From an uncultured Candidatus Binatia bacterium (GTDB lineage: Bacteria > Desulfobacterota > Binatia > HRBIN30), in assembly GCA_964524885.1 (NCBI GenBank), contig CAZGEJ010000008.1, positions 53,462 to 117,461 on the forward strand: a DNA stretch of 64,000 nucleotides, read 5' to 3'. This document shows positions 27,599 to 38,883 of this stretch, in pieces; the first letter of the stretch is position 1, and every line of letters starts with the position of its first letter. The notes under the pieces were generated by a model, which saw nothing but the letters and a program-made list of their open reading frames with translations, ran no database searches and had not been told where the DNA came from. Position numbers and translations under genes: made by a program.

Positions 27599-30525
27599 AG
27601 AGCGGCGTGCAGCGCAGCGATTCGTTGCCGGGCGCGCTCGACGTCGACGCCCGCCGGTCCGGACGGATGCGCGGCCAAGCTCGCCTCGAGGTCGGCCAGC
27701 GCCGGCCCGACTTCGCCGCGTCGTTGGCGCTCGTAGGCAAGCGAGGTGGAGGCCCGCAGATGGAGGAGTCGGGAGCCTTGTTGCTCGGCGATGTCACAAG
27801 CCCGGCGGTACGCGTGTTCGGCCGCAGTCGGTTGCTGGCGTCGCCGCGGTCGCGAGCCGTGCGCCAGGATGTCGCCGTGCAACCTCCAGAACTCGACCAG
27901 CAGGTGCGCTTCGCCGCCCTGCTCGCAGGCGGCGAGGCTGGCGTCGACGATGGCGGCGGCCGCAGCGACGTCCCCACCGAGGAGGAACGTCTCGGCGAGC
28001 ACCTGCCGGTGGTTCAGCAGGTTCTCGGCGTCGACGCGGTCCTGCAGTGATGTCAGAACTTGCTGCATCCTCGCCGTCACCGCGCCCGACGGGTGCTCCA
28101 GCCACTCCCGGTAGAGACGATAGAATTCGACCCGCAGCTCGAAGTAGGCGAGATCGTGGCGCCGACAGTGGGCGTTGGCGAGATGATACAACTCGTCCAA
28201 GAGTGTACGACTGCGCTGCAAAATCACCGCGTGCAACGAGACGACGATGACGGCCGCATAACCCCACGGGAGGTCGACGGCGGCGGCCAGCTGCACAGCG
28301 CGACGCACCGAGTCCTCGGCAGCGGCGTACTCCCCCAGGTGAGCCAGCGCGATCGAGCGCCAGGCCTCGGACTCGGCCACGGGGTCGACGTGAATCGGTA
28401 CACCTGCCGCGGCGGGAAAGCCCTGGGCCCTCTCGATGCTCTCGAGACTGGCGCGGAACTCCCCCTTGCCGATGTGCAAGCGAGCGGCGCGGATATGGCT
28501 GTAGAAATGCAACCCCTCCTGCACCGGAGCATCGGCGATCACGTCGAGGAGGCGGTCGACGATCGGCTGGGTTGCGTCGATCCGACCCAGATCGAGGGTG
28601 ACCGAGCTGATACCGAGCAAGGCGCGCACCCGCTCGCGCACCGCCCCCGCCGCCTTGGCGTGCGTCTCGGCATCGGCGAACGCCTGCGCCACGGCCGGGT
28701 GGGCGAACCCGTGGAGGCCGGCCAAGACGTTGCCGAGGGTAAGTAGAACGCGGGCCCGTCGCAGCTCGATACCGTCCATCTCGCCGACGAGGTCGAGATG
28801 GGTCTGGGCCCGCTGCAGCGAGCGCAGAGCTTCGTGGTAATCACAGCGGCCCATGGCGACGAGGGCCGCCTGCTCGCGATAGGTTGCGGCGCGATCATGA
28901 TCGAGCGCCGCCTCGAAGTGCATCGCCAGACGCAGTGCCCCTTCACCCGGCCGTTGGGCATAGAGTCGCTCGAGGTGGCGTCCGATGCGCTCGTGCAGGC
29001 GTCGCCGTTGCGACGGAGCGATGCGGCTGTAGACGGCGCGCTGATACAGGACGTGAGTGAAGCGGAAGACCTCGTCGCCTTCGGCGGCGCCGCTGCGCGT
29101 GCCGACGCCGAGGCGCAGGTAGGCGCCGCGCTGCACGACTCCGTAACCGAGATCACCCAGCGCGTCGGGATCGACGTCGAGGGCAGCGCTCAGCAAATCG
29201 AGCGTCGCCTCGTCCCCCGCTACGCTCGTGGCCTCGAGGAAGCGCAGCATTTCGGGTGACAAGCCACTCAGCTGGAGTTCGATGAGGTCGCGTAGATCCT
29301 CGGGCAAGCGCGGTACGAATCGATCGAGGTCACTGGCCAGTTTCCAACCACCGGCGTCGGGGCGTAGCCATCCCTCTTGCCGCAGCTGGTCACAAACGGC
29401 GCGTACGAACAACGGATTGCCGCCGCAGTGCCGACCGACGGGCTCGGCGAGGCGCATGCCGAGATCCTCATCCCCGAGCAGGTGCCCGAGACAGGCGCCC
29501 ACTTCAGCGACACTGAAGGCCGCCAGCGGGAGCACTTCGACGCTCTCGCGGCGCCGCAACTGCGCCGCCATCGGCACGATGGAATGGCCGTGCACGAGAG
29601 CGTCGACGGGCCGATAGGTGCCGATGAGCAGCAAGCGCGCCGGCGCCGTGCTCTGGCACAGCACGGGCAGCAGTTCGACCGTGGCCGTATCGGACCAGTG
29701 CAGGTCTTCGAGGACGAGAATCAGAGGCAAGTCCCGCGTCAGCGCCGCCATCAAGGCATCGGCTTCGCGCACCAGTCGTTGGCCGCCCTCGCCGATGAGC
29801 GAGCGTGCCAGCACGGCTTGCTCCGACGGGCGCAGGAGCCACGGCATTTGGGCCAGCCATCCCGGCGCATGCCGCCGGGCCGCATCCTCGACCAAGGCGC
29901 GGCGCGAGCCGAGCGACAACTCGCCGAGCGCCCGCAGCAGCGGGGCATAGGTTTCCGTGCTCCCATGGGACTCGATGCACGGCGCGCGCGCCACGATCGC
30001 ATCGGCGGCACCGACGAGAAACTGATCGACCAACGTCGTCTTGCCGCCGCCCGGTTCTCCGGTGATGAAGACGGCTCGGCGTTCACCCGCCTTCGCCGCC
30101 GCCAGCGCCGCGTCGAGCCGGGCCAGTTCATGGGCACGTCCGACGAAGCCCAGGACCGCGCTCGGCGGCGGCGATCGCAGGCTGGTGTCGCCGACCTCGG
30201 CGAGAAAGCGGTAGCCGCGCCGCGGCACCGTTTCGATGAAGCGGCGTCCATCGCGACCGTCGTCGAGCAGGCGGCGCAGCTCGCCGACGACGTTGGTCAT
30301 GGCGTTCGGCGTCACCGCCGTATCGCCCCAGACCGCGTCGTGCAGTTCCTCCGACGTCACCAGCCGACCGCAGTGGGCGACCAAGTACCGCAGCAGCGCC
30401 AACACCTTCGGGCGCAACGGCAGGTCCAGTTCGCCGCGTCGCAGACGGCCCTCCACCATGTTGAGCTCGAAGGGGCCGAAGGTGACGATCGCTGCTGCCG
30501 CAGCCATGGGTTCGAGTGGACTCAT
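27589..30525 (-). CDS. Large transcriptional regulator: OmpR/CadC-type winged-helix DNA-binding domain plus AAA/STAND-like ATPase plus TPR region
   Basis: N-terminal FGPFELNMVEGRLRRGELDLPLRPKVLALLRYLV...VPRRGYRF (trans_reg_C). Walker A GEPGGGKTTL. A long helical TPR-like C-terminus. The start is taken at MSPLEP (30525) rather than the ORF's upstream ATG at 30663. Confidence 0.7.
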   Translation of the reverse strand: MSPLEPMAAAAAIVTFGPFELNMVEGRLRRGELDLPLRPKVLALLRYLVAHCGRLVTSEELHDAVWGDTAVTPNAMTNVVGELRRLLDDGRDGRRFIETVPRRGYRFLAEVGDTSLRSPPPSAVLGFVGRAHELARLDAALAAAKAGERRAVFITGEPGGGKTTLVDQFLVGAADAIVARAPCIESHGSTETYAPLLRALGELSLGSRRALVEDAARRHAPGWLAQMPWLLRPSEQAVLARSLIGEGGQRLVREADALMAALTRDLPLILVLEDLHWSDTATVELLPVLCQSTAPARLLLIGTYRPVDALVHGHSIVPMAAQLRRRESVEVLPLAAFSVAEVGACLGHLLGDEDLGMRLAEPVGRHCGGNPLFVRAVCDQLRQEGWLRPDAGGWKLASDLDRFVPRLPEDLRDLIELQLSGLSPEMLRFLEATSVAGDEATLDLLSAALDVDPDALGDLGYGVVQRGAYLRLGVGTRSGAAEGDEVFRFTHVLYQRAVYSRIAPSQRRRLHERIGRHLERLYAQRPGEGALRLAMHFEAALDHDRAATYREQAALVAMGRCDYHEALRSLQRAQTHLDLVGEMDGIELRRARVLLTLGNVLAGLHGFAHPAVAQAFADAETHAKAAGAVRERVRALLGISSVTLDLGRIDATQPIVDRLLDVIADAPVQEGLHFYSHIRAARLHIGKGEFRASLESIERAQGFPAAAGVPIHVDPVAESEAWRSIALAHLGEYAAAEDSVRRAVQLAAAVDLPWGYAAVIVVSLHAVILQRSRTLLDELYHLANAHCRRHDLAYFELRVEFYRLYREWLEHPSGAVTARMQQVLTSLQDRVDAENLLNHRQVLAETFLLGGDVAAAAAIVDASLAACEQGGEAHLLVEFWRLHGDILAHGSRPRRRQQPTAAEHAYRRACDIAEQQGSRLLHLRASTSLAYERQRRGEVGPALADLEASLAAHPSGPAGVDVERARQRIAALHAALCG

Positions 30526-30682
30526 CGCACCACGCCCGCCCTTACCACAGAGCGGACGAGCGCTTCGACCCTTCGCCAACGAAAACTCCCGCCGCGAGCA
30601 CGCGCGGGCTGCGGCTCGACAGCAACCGCCGTATGCGCCAAAAGCAGGCTTCGCCTCGTACACGACACCGGGAGGAACGGAG

Positions 30683-31144
30683 ATGGAAGTCAGTCAGGAA
30701 CTGCGCGCCAAGTGGATCCAAGCACTGGAGAAGGGCATCCCCTTCGTCGAGCGCACGGGCATCGAGGTGCTGGCGCTGGAGCCGCGTTACGTGAAGATGA
30801 AGCTCCCGTTCGCCCCCAACGTGAATCACGTCGGCATGATGTACGCGGGGGCCCTCTTCACCCTCGCCGAGTTGCCGGGCGGCGCCATCTTCCTCTCGTC
30901 GTTCGACGCCCGAAAGTTCTACCCCATCGTGCGCGACATGCAGATCCGCTTCCTCAAGCCGGCCCTGACCGACGTCACCGTAGAAGTCCGGCTGAGCGAG
31001 GAGGAGGCACGCGACATCGCGGCGCGCGCCGAGGCCGAGGGCAAGGCCAACTACGAATGGAAGTGCGAACTCAAGGACGCCAACGGGGAGATCGTCGCGG
31101 TCACCACCAACCAGTACCAGATGCGGCGGCATCCGGGGCGGTGA
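30683..31144 (+). CDS. Hotdog-fold thioesterase-like protein (PaaI/YiiD_C-like)
   Basis: GGAGG 8 nt upstream of the ATG. Motif NHVGMMYAGALFTLAELPGGAIF resembles the PaaI-type N..G..HGG..A.LAD core. About 154 aa. Confidence 0.55.
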   Translation: MEVSQELRAKWIQALEKGIPFVERTGIEVLALEPRYVKMKLPFAPNVNHVGMMYAGALFTLAELPGGAIFLSSFDARKFYPIVRDMQIRFLKPALTDVTVEVRLSEEEARDIAARAEAEGKANYEWKCELKDANGEIVAVTTNQYQMRRHPGR

Positions 31145-31146
31145 AG

Positions 31147-31188
31147 GCTGAGGCTTAGGCTGAGGCTTAGGCTGAGGCTGAGGCTTGG
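31147..31188. repeat. Hexanucleotide microsatellite (GCTGAG/GCTTAG)x7, inverted relative to the array at 14689
   Basis: gctgag gcttag gctgag gcttag gctgag gctgag gcttgg, immediately after the thioesterase stop codon. Confidence 0.9.
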
Positions 31189-31262
31189 GGGGAATTCCTA
31201 GAGCTGGGACGGATGGGACTCGGCTTGGCTCGATGCCGACCTTTCGGCGGCGGACGGGCGGC

Positions 31263-31278
31263 TGGCGCGCGGCTTGCA
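31263..31278 (+). promoter_or_regulatory. Candidate sigma-54 (-24/-12) promoter TGGCGC-N5-TTGCA upstream of the 31353 gene
   Basis: cTGGCGCgcggcTTGCAa with correct GG-N10-GC spacing, about 75 bp upstream of the ATG at 31353. An NtrC-type activator is encoded at 25413. Confidence 0.5.
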
Positions 31279-31352
31279 AACGGTTGGCGTAGTCCAGTGT
31301 GCCCGCGGAGACGCGGTCGTCTTGCGTGCTCCGCCACGGGAAGGAGTCCGCC

Positions 31353-33236
31353 ATGCACGCCAAGCACCGCTTCGCCTTGGCCGCCGCCGTACTCGCCGCG
31401 GCCGCCCCCGCCGGCGCCGTCGAACTCGATAGTTCCGGCGACATCACCCTCGGCGTTCGGACTTACGTCAACAGCCGCATCGGCACCGAGAACACCGACC
31501 GCGACGTCAGCTACGTGCGCAACGCCAACGGCGACCTCGTCCTCAATAGCGAAGGCTACCCGATCCCGGCCCAGCGCAGCCAAACGTTCCCCTACTCCTC
31601 CGCCGGCCACTTGCGGCAGAACCGCTTCTTCATCGAAGCCGAGCTACGACACGACCTCGATCGCCTCGTCGAGAAAGGGGTCGGCCCGTTCAGCCTCATC
31701 CGCCGCCTGCCCGTGCGGGTGCGCAACCTGCGGTACGGCGTGACCTACCGCGGCGAGTTCGACGGCATCTACGACTGGGGCCCGAGCGAGTACCGCAATG
31801 CCTGGACGGCGGACCAGTTCCTCACGTCGCAGGGCGACAGCCTGCCGGTCAACCCATCGAACCCCGGCGTGCCGCCCGGCGCACCAATCTGCTCGACCTT
31901 CCCTTCCGACGACCGCTGCCGGCGCATCGTCGACGTGCCCGAGGGTCGGCGTGAGCTACGCGACGACGCGGTACACCGTTCGCGTCTCTTTCAGGCGTAC
32001 GTCGACGCCGAGGTCGGCAGCAACTTTTGGTTCCGCTTTGGGCGCCAGATCGTCGCTTGGGGCGAGACCGACAGCTTCCGCCTGCTCGACAACATCAACC
32101 CCACCGACAGTAGCTTCGGCGGCTTCCTCGTCCCCCTCGACGAGCGGCGCGTGCCGCTCGACATGCTGCGGGTCCAATACCGCCTCGGCGAGATCGGGCC
32201 CCTCTACGAAATCTTCCTCGAAGGCTACGTCGCCATCGACGATCGGGTCGGCTACGACCCGGGCGTACCCAAAGGGTCGCCGTGGGCTCTGCCCAACGGC
32301 GGCGAGCCGAGCCCCCTCAGCTTGACCTTGATCGAGAGTCCGTCCCGCACCTTCGAAGACGCACGCGGCGGCGGACGCTTGGTGTTCAATGCCGGCGACG
32401 CGACCTACTCGATCGCCCACTACTACACCTATCTCGATCGGCCGGTGGTGCAGGTGTTCACCAACCCCGAAGGCGGCTTCCCGACCAAGACGTGGCCGGA
32501 CGGCTACTCGACACACTACCTGCTGACCCCCGAACGCACGCAGATCACCGGTGCGACCACCACCTTCCCGATTCCGATGAACGTGGCCCGCTTCCTGCGG
32601 CTCAGCGGTCAACCGATCGTGCGTAGCGAGTTCGCCTACTTCAACGACGAACCGCGCTATCGCCAATCGGAAATCGACCCGTTCGTCGTCTACCGCTCTC
32701 CCGGCAAGCCTACCTACGGCCGCCGTCGCGTCGGCGACTCGCTCAATCTCGTCCTCGGCCTCGACTTGAACCAATTCATCCGGCCGCTGAACCCGATCCA
32801 ATCCTTCTTCATCTCGACGCAGTTCTTCTACAAGCACCTCATCGGCGCTGCCGAGTCGGGCCCGCTCGACTTCGGCCGCTTCCGCGTGGAGGAACGCGAG
32901 GTTCTGCCCGTGCCGCAATACTTCACCCAGGGCTTCGGCCTCGACAGCAACTACGCCACCGAGCCGGTGTTCGTACGCGAGCCGGAGGATCAGTTCCTGC
33001 AAACGCTGCTCATCAGCACCAGCTACATGAGCAGCCAAGTGAATCCGCAACTCACCATGTTCTACGACTGGGGCGGCGCTTTCGTGCTGCAGCCCGCCGT
33101 CACCTTGGTCTACGACCCGTTCCGCATCACCCTCGACTACACGTTCGTCAACGCCGGCACTCTGAAGGGTGGCAGCAGCGTCAGCCTGCTGCGCGACCGC
33201 GACAACGTGCAGATTCGCTTCGAGTACGTCATCTGA
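31353..33236 (+). CDS. Putative outer-membrane protein (DUF1302-like, unverified), 627 aa
   Basis: Signal peptide MHAKHRFALAAAVLAAAAPAGA with GGAAGGAG upstream; the residue composition is rich in beta-strand-forming and aromatic residues. Confidence 0.5.
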   Translation: MHAKHRFALAAAVLAAAAPAGAVELDSSGDITLGVRTYVNSRIGTENTDRDVSYVRNANGDLVLNSEGYPIPAQRSQTFPYSSAGHLRQNRFFIEAELRHDLDRLVEKGVGPFSLIRRLPVRVRNLRYGVTYRGEFDGIYDWGPSEYRNAWTADQFLTSQGDSLPVNPSNPGVPPGAPICSTFPSDDRCRRIVDVPEGRRELRDDAVHRSRLFQAYVDAEVGSNFWFRFGRQIVAWGETDSFRLLDNINPTDSSFGGFLVPLDERRVPLDMLRVQYRLGEIGPLYEIFLEGYVAIDDRVGYDPGVPKGSPWALPNGGEPSPLSLTLIESPSRTFEDARGGGRLVFNAGDATYSIAHYYTYLDRPVVQVFTNPEGGFPTKTWPDGYSTHYLLTPERTQITGATTTFPIPMNVARFLRLSGQPIVRSEFAYFNDEPRYRQSEIDPFVVYRSPGKPTYGRRRVGDSLNLVLGLDLNQFIRPLNPIQSFFISTQFFYKHLIGAAESGPLDFGRFRVEEREVLPVPQYFTQGFGLDSNYATEPVFVREPEDQFLQTLLISTSYMSSQVNPQLTMFYDWGGAFVLQPAVTLVYDPFRITLDYTFVNAGTLKGGSSVSLLRDRDNVQIRFEYVI

Positions 33237-33333
33237 CTCGGCCGGCGGCGAGCCGCACTCTTGCACGGGCTTCAGGCTCGCCGTCGCCACTGGGTCTGGC
33301 AGCCCGCACGCGACAGGAGTATGCAGCGTCGCC

Positions 33334-35493
<2,160 letters not shown>

Positions 35494-35530
35494 CGCTTCC
35501 CGCCTGCCTGGAAACACGGTTACGGCGAAG

Positions 35531-36994
35531 TCATGCCGCGCCGTGCCGTATCCGCCCGAGGCGTCGCAGCGCCGACCGGGCCGCCCACCAGCCGCACATC
35601 CCGTGAACACCACCTCCGGGCGGCGTCGCCGCCGAGCAGAGAAACAACCGTGGGTGGGGTGTCGCGTAGGGGTCGAGCCGCGCCACCGGACGGGTCCACA
35701 GTTGCCACACATCGGCGACCCCGCCGGTGATCGCACCGCCCAGGTAATTCGGGTTGTAGCGTTCGAAGTCGGCCGGGCTCATCGCGTGCCGCGCGAGGAT
35801 CCGGTCGCGAAAGCCGGGGGCAAAACGTTCGACCTGTGCTTCGATCGCCGCACGCATGTCCACGGTCGAGGCATGCGGCACATGGCAGTAGGCATACCCC
35901 GTATGGCAACCGGCCGGAGCGCGCGTCGCGTCGATTTCGCTCTGTTGGCACAAGATCAGAAACGGGCGCGCCGCATGTTGCCCGGTGTACATGGCGCGCT
36001 CGGAGTCGGCGATCTCTTCCAAGGTGCCGCCGACGTGTACCGTCGACGCCTCGCGACAGGCGGGATCGCGCCAGGGGATCGGCCCGTCGAGGGCCCAGTC
36101 GAGCTTGAACACACCGGGTCCGTAGCGGTAGCGCGCCAAGCGCCGGCGATACCTCGTCGGCAGTGCGTCGCCGGCGATCGCGACCAGTTGCGCCGGAGAG
36201 GTATCGAACAAGACCACGCGCGCTTCGGGTAGTTCATCCAACGTCCGGATGCGGCGACCAGTCTCGATTCGTCCACCGAGTTGGCGCAGATGCGATGCCA
36301 GGGCGCGCGCGATCGCCATCGACCCACCCTCGGCGACCGGCCAGTCGACGACGTGCGCCGTCAGGGCAAAGATCACGCCAATCGCCGCCGAGAGCGGTTG
36401 GCTCAGCGGCAGGATCGAATGCGCCGCGCAGCCGGCAAACAAGGCGCGGGCCCGCGGTTCGCGAAAGCAAAGACGCGCCAAGCGATTGGCCGACCACATG
36501 GAGCGCATGCCGAAGCGCGCCAGCAGCCAAGGTCGATCCGGAAACCGTAGCGGCGCCATCGCATCGGCAAGCAGCGCCTCGGCATCCTCCACCAAAGGTT
36601 CGAGAAGGGCACGCCAGGCCCTACCGTCGCGCCCGATTCCTTCACCGGTCACGTCGAGCGATCGACGCAACAGCACCGCCGGTTGATCGTCGAGCGGATG
36701 CGCCACGGAGGCCTCGGGAAACCGCCAGACGAGCCCATGGTCCGCCAGCGGTAGCGTCTTCCAATACGGCGACAACACCCCCATCGGGTGCACGGCCGAG
36801 CAGACGTCGTGCACGAAACCAGGCAAGGTCAGGGTCGCGCTGCGCATACCGCCGCCGACCTCGTCGTGCGCCTCGACGACGAGTACCGACACCCCGGCCT
36901 CCGCCAAGGCGATCGCCGCCGTCAGTCCGTTCGGTCCGGAGCCGACGACGACGGCTTCTGGATCACGACTCGGCACGCGCCGCCAGTCCCGCAT
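35531..36994 (-). CDS. FAD/NAD(P)-dependent oxidoreductase (phytoene desaturase / amine oxidase superfamily)
   Basis: N-terminal dinucleotide-binding motif VVVGSGPNGLTAAIALAEAGVSVLVVE; about 490 aa; start taken at MRDW. Confidence 0.65.
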   Translation of the reverse strand: MRDWRRVPSRDPEAVVVGSGPNGLTAAIALAEAGVSVLVVEAHDEVGGGMRSATLTLPGFVHDVCSAVHPMGVLSPYWKTLPLADHGLVWRFPEASVAHPLDDQPAVLLRRSLDVTGEGIGRDGRAWRALLEPLVEDAEALLADAMAPLRFPDRPWLLARFGMRSMWSANRLARLCFREPRARALFAGCAAHSILPLSQPLSAAIGVIFALTAHVVDWPVAEGGSMAIARALASHLRQLGGRIETGRRIRTLDELPEARVVLFDTSPAQLVAIAGDALPTRYRRRLARYRYGPGVFKLDWALDGPIPWRDPACREASTVHVGGTLEEIADSERAMYTGQHAARPFLILCQQSEIDATRAPAGCHTGYAYCHVPHASTVDMRAAIEAQVERFAPGFRDRILARHAMSPADFERYNPNYLGGAITGGVADVWQLWTRPVARLDPYATPHPRLFLCSAATPPGGGVHGMCGWWAARSALRRLGRIRHGAA

Positions 36995-38711
36995 GCTGCG
37001 AGTTGCCTCGTCCGCGCGCCAACGCAGCGGCGTACTCGCCCGTCGGCCACGGTTGCACCTCGCGCATGCGACGCAGGTCGGTGACACCTTGCGCGACCAT
37101 TCCAGTCGCTGCGTCGACGACGCGCCAATCCATGGTGTGGCCGAACAGCGCCTGCGACTCGATCATCACGACTCGCAACTCCCCCGGCTCGAAGTGGCAC
37201 TGCGCCTGAACCGCCTCGAGGAGTTGCGTATCGTTGAGGTGGCCGTCGCCGAAGTTCCAACCGAGCACCATGCCGCCGACGACTTCGCCCTCGTGCCACT
37301 CGTACGCGTCGATGTCGTCGACGGCACGCGGCAGAGCTTCGAGCAGCGGTCGACCCTCGAAGTGGAGGAATCGGTGCGCCATGGCGAGCGTCGTCGCCAT
37401 CTCGACCGCAACCGGATCGCCAAGTACCGCCTGGAGTTGTTCGCGAAAGGTACCGGCAGCCTTGACCAGAGCCTTGAACTTGTCGGCACTGCCCCGGCGC
37501 ACGAGCCAGATGTTGTAGGGCCAATTGCCGGCGTAATAGCGCATCGACAGAAGGAACGAGACGCGCGCCGGAAAGAAGTTGCCGACGAGAGGCACCAGGA
37601 ACGAGCAGAACAGCAGAAACGCCGCGAGCCCCGGCATCGACAGAACCGCCGACGGCGACACCTCCGGATGGATGCCGAAGAGGAAGACGCCACCGTAAAT
37701 CATCAAGATGTTCCACTCGATCGGCATGCCGCTCGGGTTGTTGATGGCGATGAACCCGTGAAAACACGTCATGACCACGAGAATGATCGCGGTGATCTCA
37801 GGCTGTCCGCCGGCGAGTACCAGCACCAACGGAATGGCGTATTCGGTAGCCGTTCCCATGTGCGCCATGAATGCGGCGAATCGTGACGGACGGAGGTCGT
37901 GCGGATAGTCGACGTACAGCTTCTGCTTCAGCCAAGGCGGGAAGAAGGGCCCATTGGTCATCATCACCATGATCACCGACGGGAAATGGGAATTCAGCTT
38001 CGACGTCGCGGCCCAGAACCAAATCGCGCACCACAACACCTTGCAACCGGCGAGCCAGAGATCGTCGGCGGGCGCTACCGTGAGGCATACCAACGCCACC
38101 CAGTAGTGCTCGGCACGAGCGGTCAGGAAGAGCATCTTGTCGAGGACACCCAGGGCGGGGATGAGCAGCGCGACCGGCCAGAGGTGGGCTGGCGTGACCT
38201 CGGGGGCGAGCAAGCCGCGCAACAGAAGCACTTGAAGCGCCGCATACGTGGCGACATCGAGCCAGCCGCGGCGGAAGTCGCCGATCCAGGGCGCTCCGGG
38301 AAAGAGAGGCAGTTTGGTCGTACCCGGACGCAGGAAATGCAGAAAGCCGCCGAGCGGCGGGTTGAGGCGAGCATTCATCGGCCCCATACCGCAGCCGAAT
38401 CCGAGCAACTCGTAAAAGATCGACCAGAGGATCGCCTTGTGGAAGGCCGTCGCGCTGAAGGCCCAAGCGGAGGGTGAGGCGAGGCCGGGGTATCCGGCCG
38501 AGAACGACACGCAGAACGCCCAGCCGCCGATGTACAGCAGGAAGTACTTGGCCCAGTACAGAGCCATGACGACGAGCGGCGTCGGGTGGGCCTGGGCAGC
38601 AAACGAGCGGCAGACGAGTTCGACTCGTTCCGGAAACGGCGCCGCCAGCAGTCGGGACGGCTCGTAGGGCGGCAGATCGCCATACCCCGGCCGCTTCGAA
38701 TCGTCAGTCAT
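36963..38711 (-). CDS. Large polytopic integral membrane protein of unknown function (582 aa)
   Basis: ORF with more than 10 predicted TM helices (e.g. LVVMALYWAKYFLLYIGGWAFCVSF) and a soluble C-terminal ~130 aa. Confidence 0.55.
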   Translation of the reverse strand: MTDDSKRPGYGDLPPYEPSRLLAAPFPERVELVCRSFAAQAHPTPLVVMALYWAKYFLLYIGGWAFCVSFSAGYPGLASPSAWAFSATAFHKAILWSIFYELLGFGCGMGPMNARLNPPLGGFLHFLRPGTTKLPLFPGAPWIGDFRRGWLDVATYAALQVLLLRGLLAPEVTPAHLWPVALLIPALGVLDKMLFLTARAEHYWVALVCLTVAPADDLWLAGCKVLWCAIWFWAATSKLNSHFPSVIMVMMTNGPFFPPWLKQKLYVDYPHDLRPSRFAAFMAHMGTATEYAIPLVLVLAGGQPEITAIILVVMTCFHGFIAINNPSGMPIEWNILMIYGGVFLFGIHPEVSPSAVLSMPGLAAFLLFCSFLVPLVGNFFPARVSFLLSMRYYAGNWPYNIWLVRRGSADKFKALVKAAGTFREQLQAVLGDPVAVEMATTLAMAHRFLHFEGRPLLEALPRAVDDIDAYEWHEGEVVGGMVLGWNFGDGHLNDTQLLEAVQAQCHFEPGELRVVMIESQALFGHTMDWRVVDAATGMVAQGVTDLRRMREVQPWPTGEYAAALARGRGNSQHAGLAARAES

Positions 38712-38883
38712 GATGACTACCGGCCTCCACCGCGTGGATCGATGCGAGTCTCACCCATCCTACCCCCATCAGCATCCGCCATGCCTCCGGCATCGCCGGA
38801 CCATAGAAGCGACGGCGACGTGCCGTCAACCTCGTTCGTACGGAGCCGACTTCGCGCCCGAACTCGAGTGATCGCCGGAAGTC

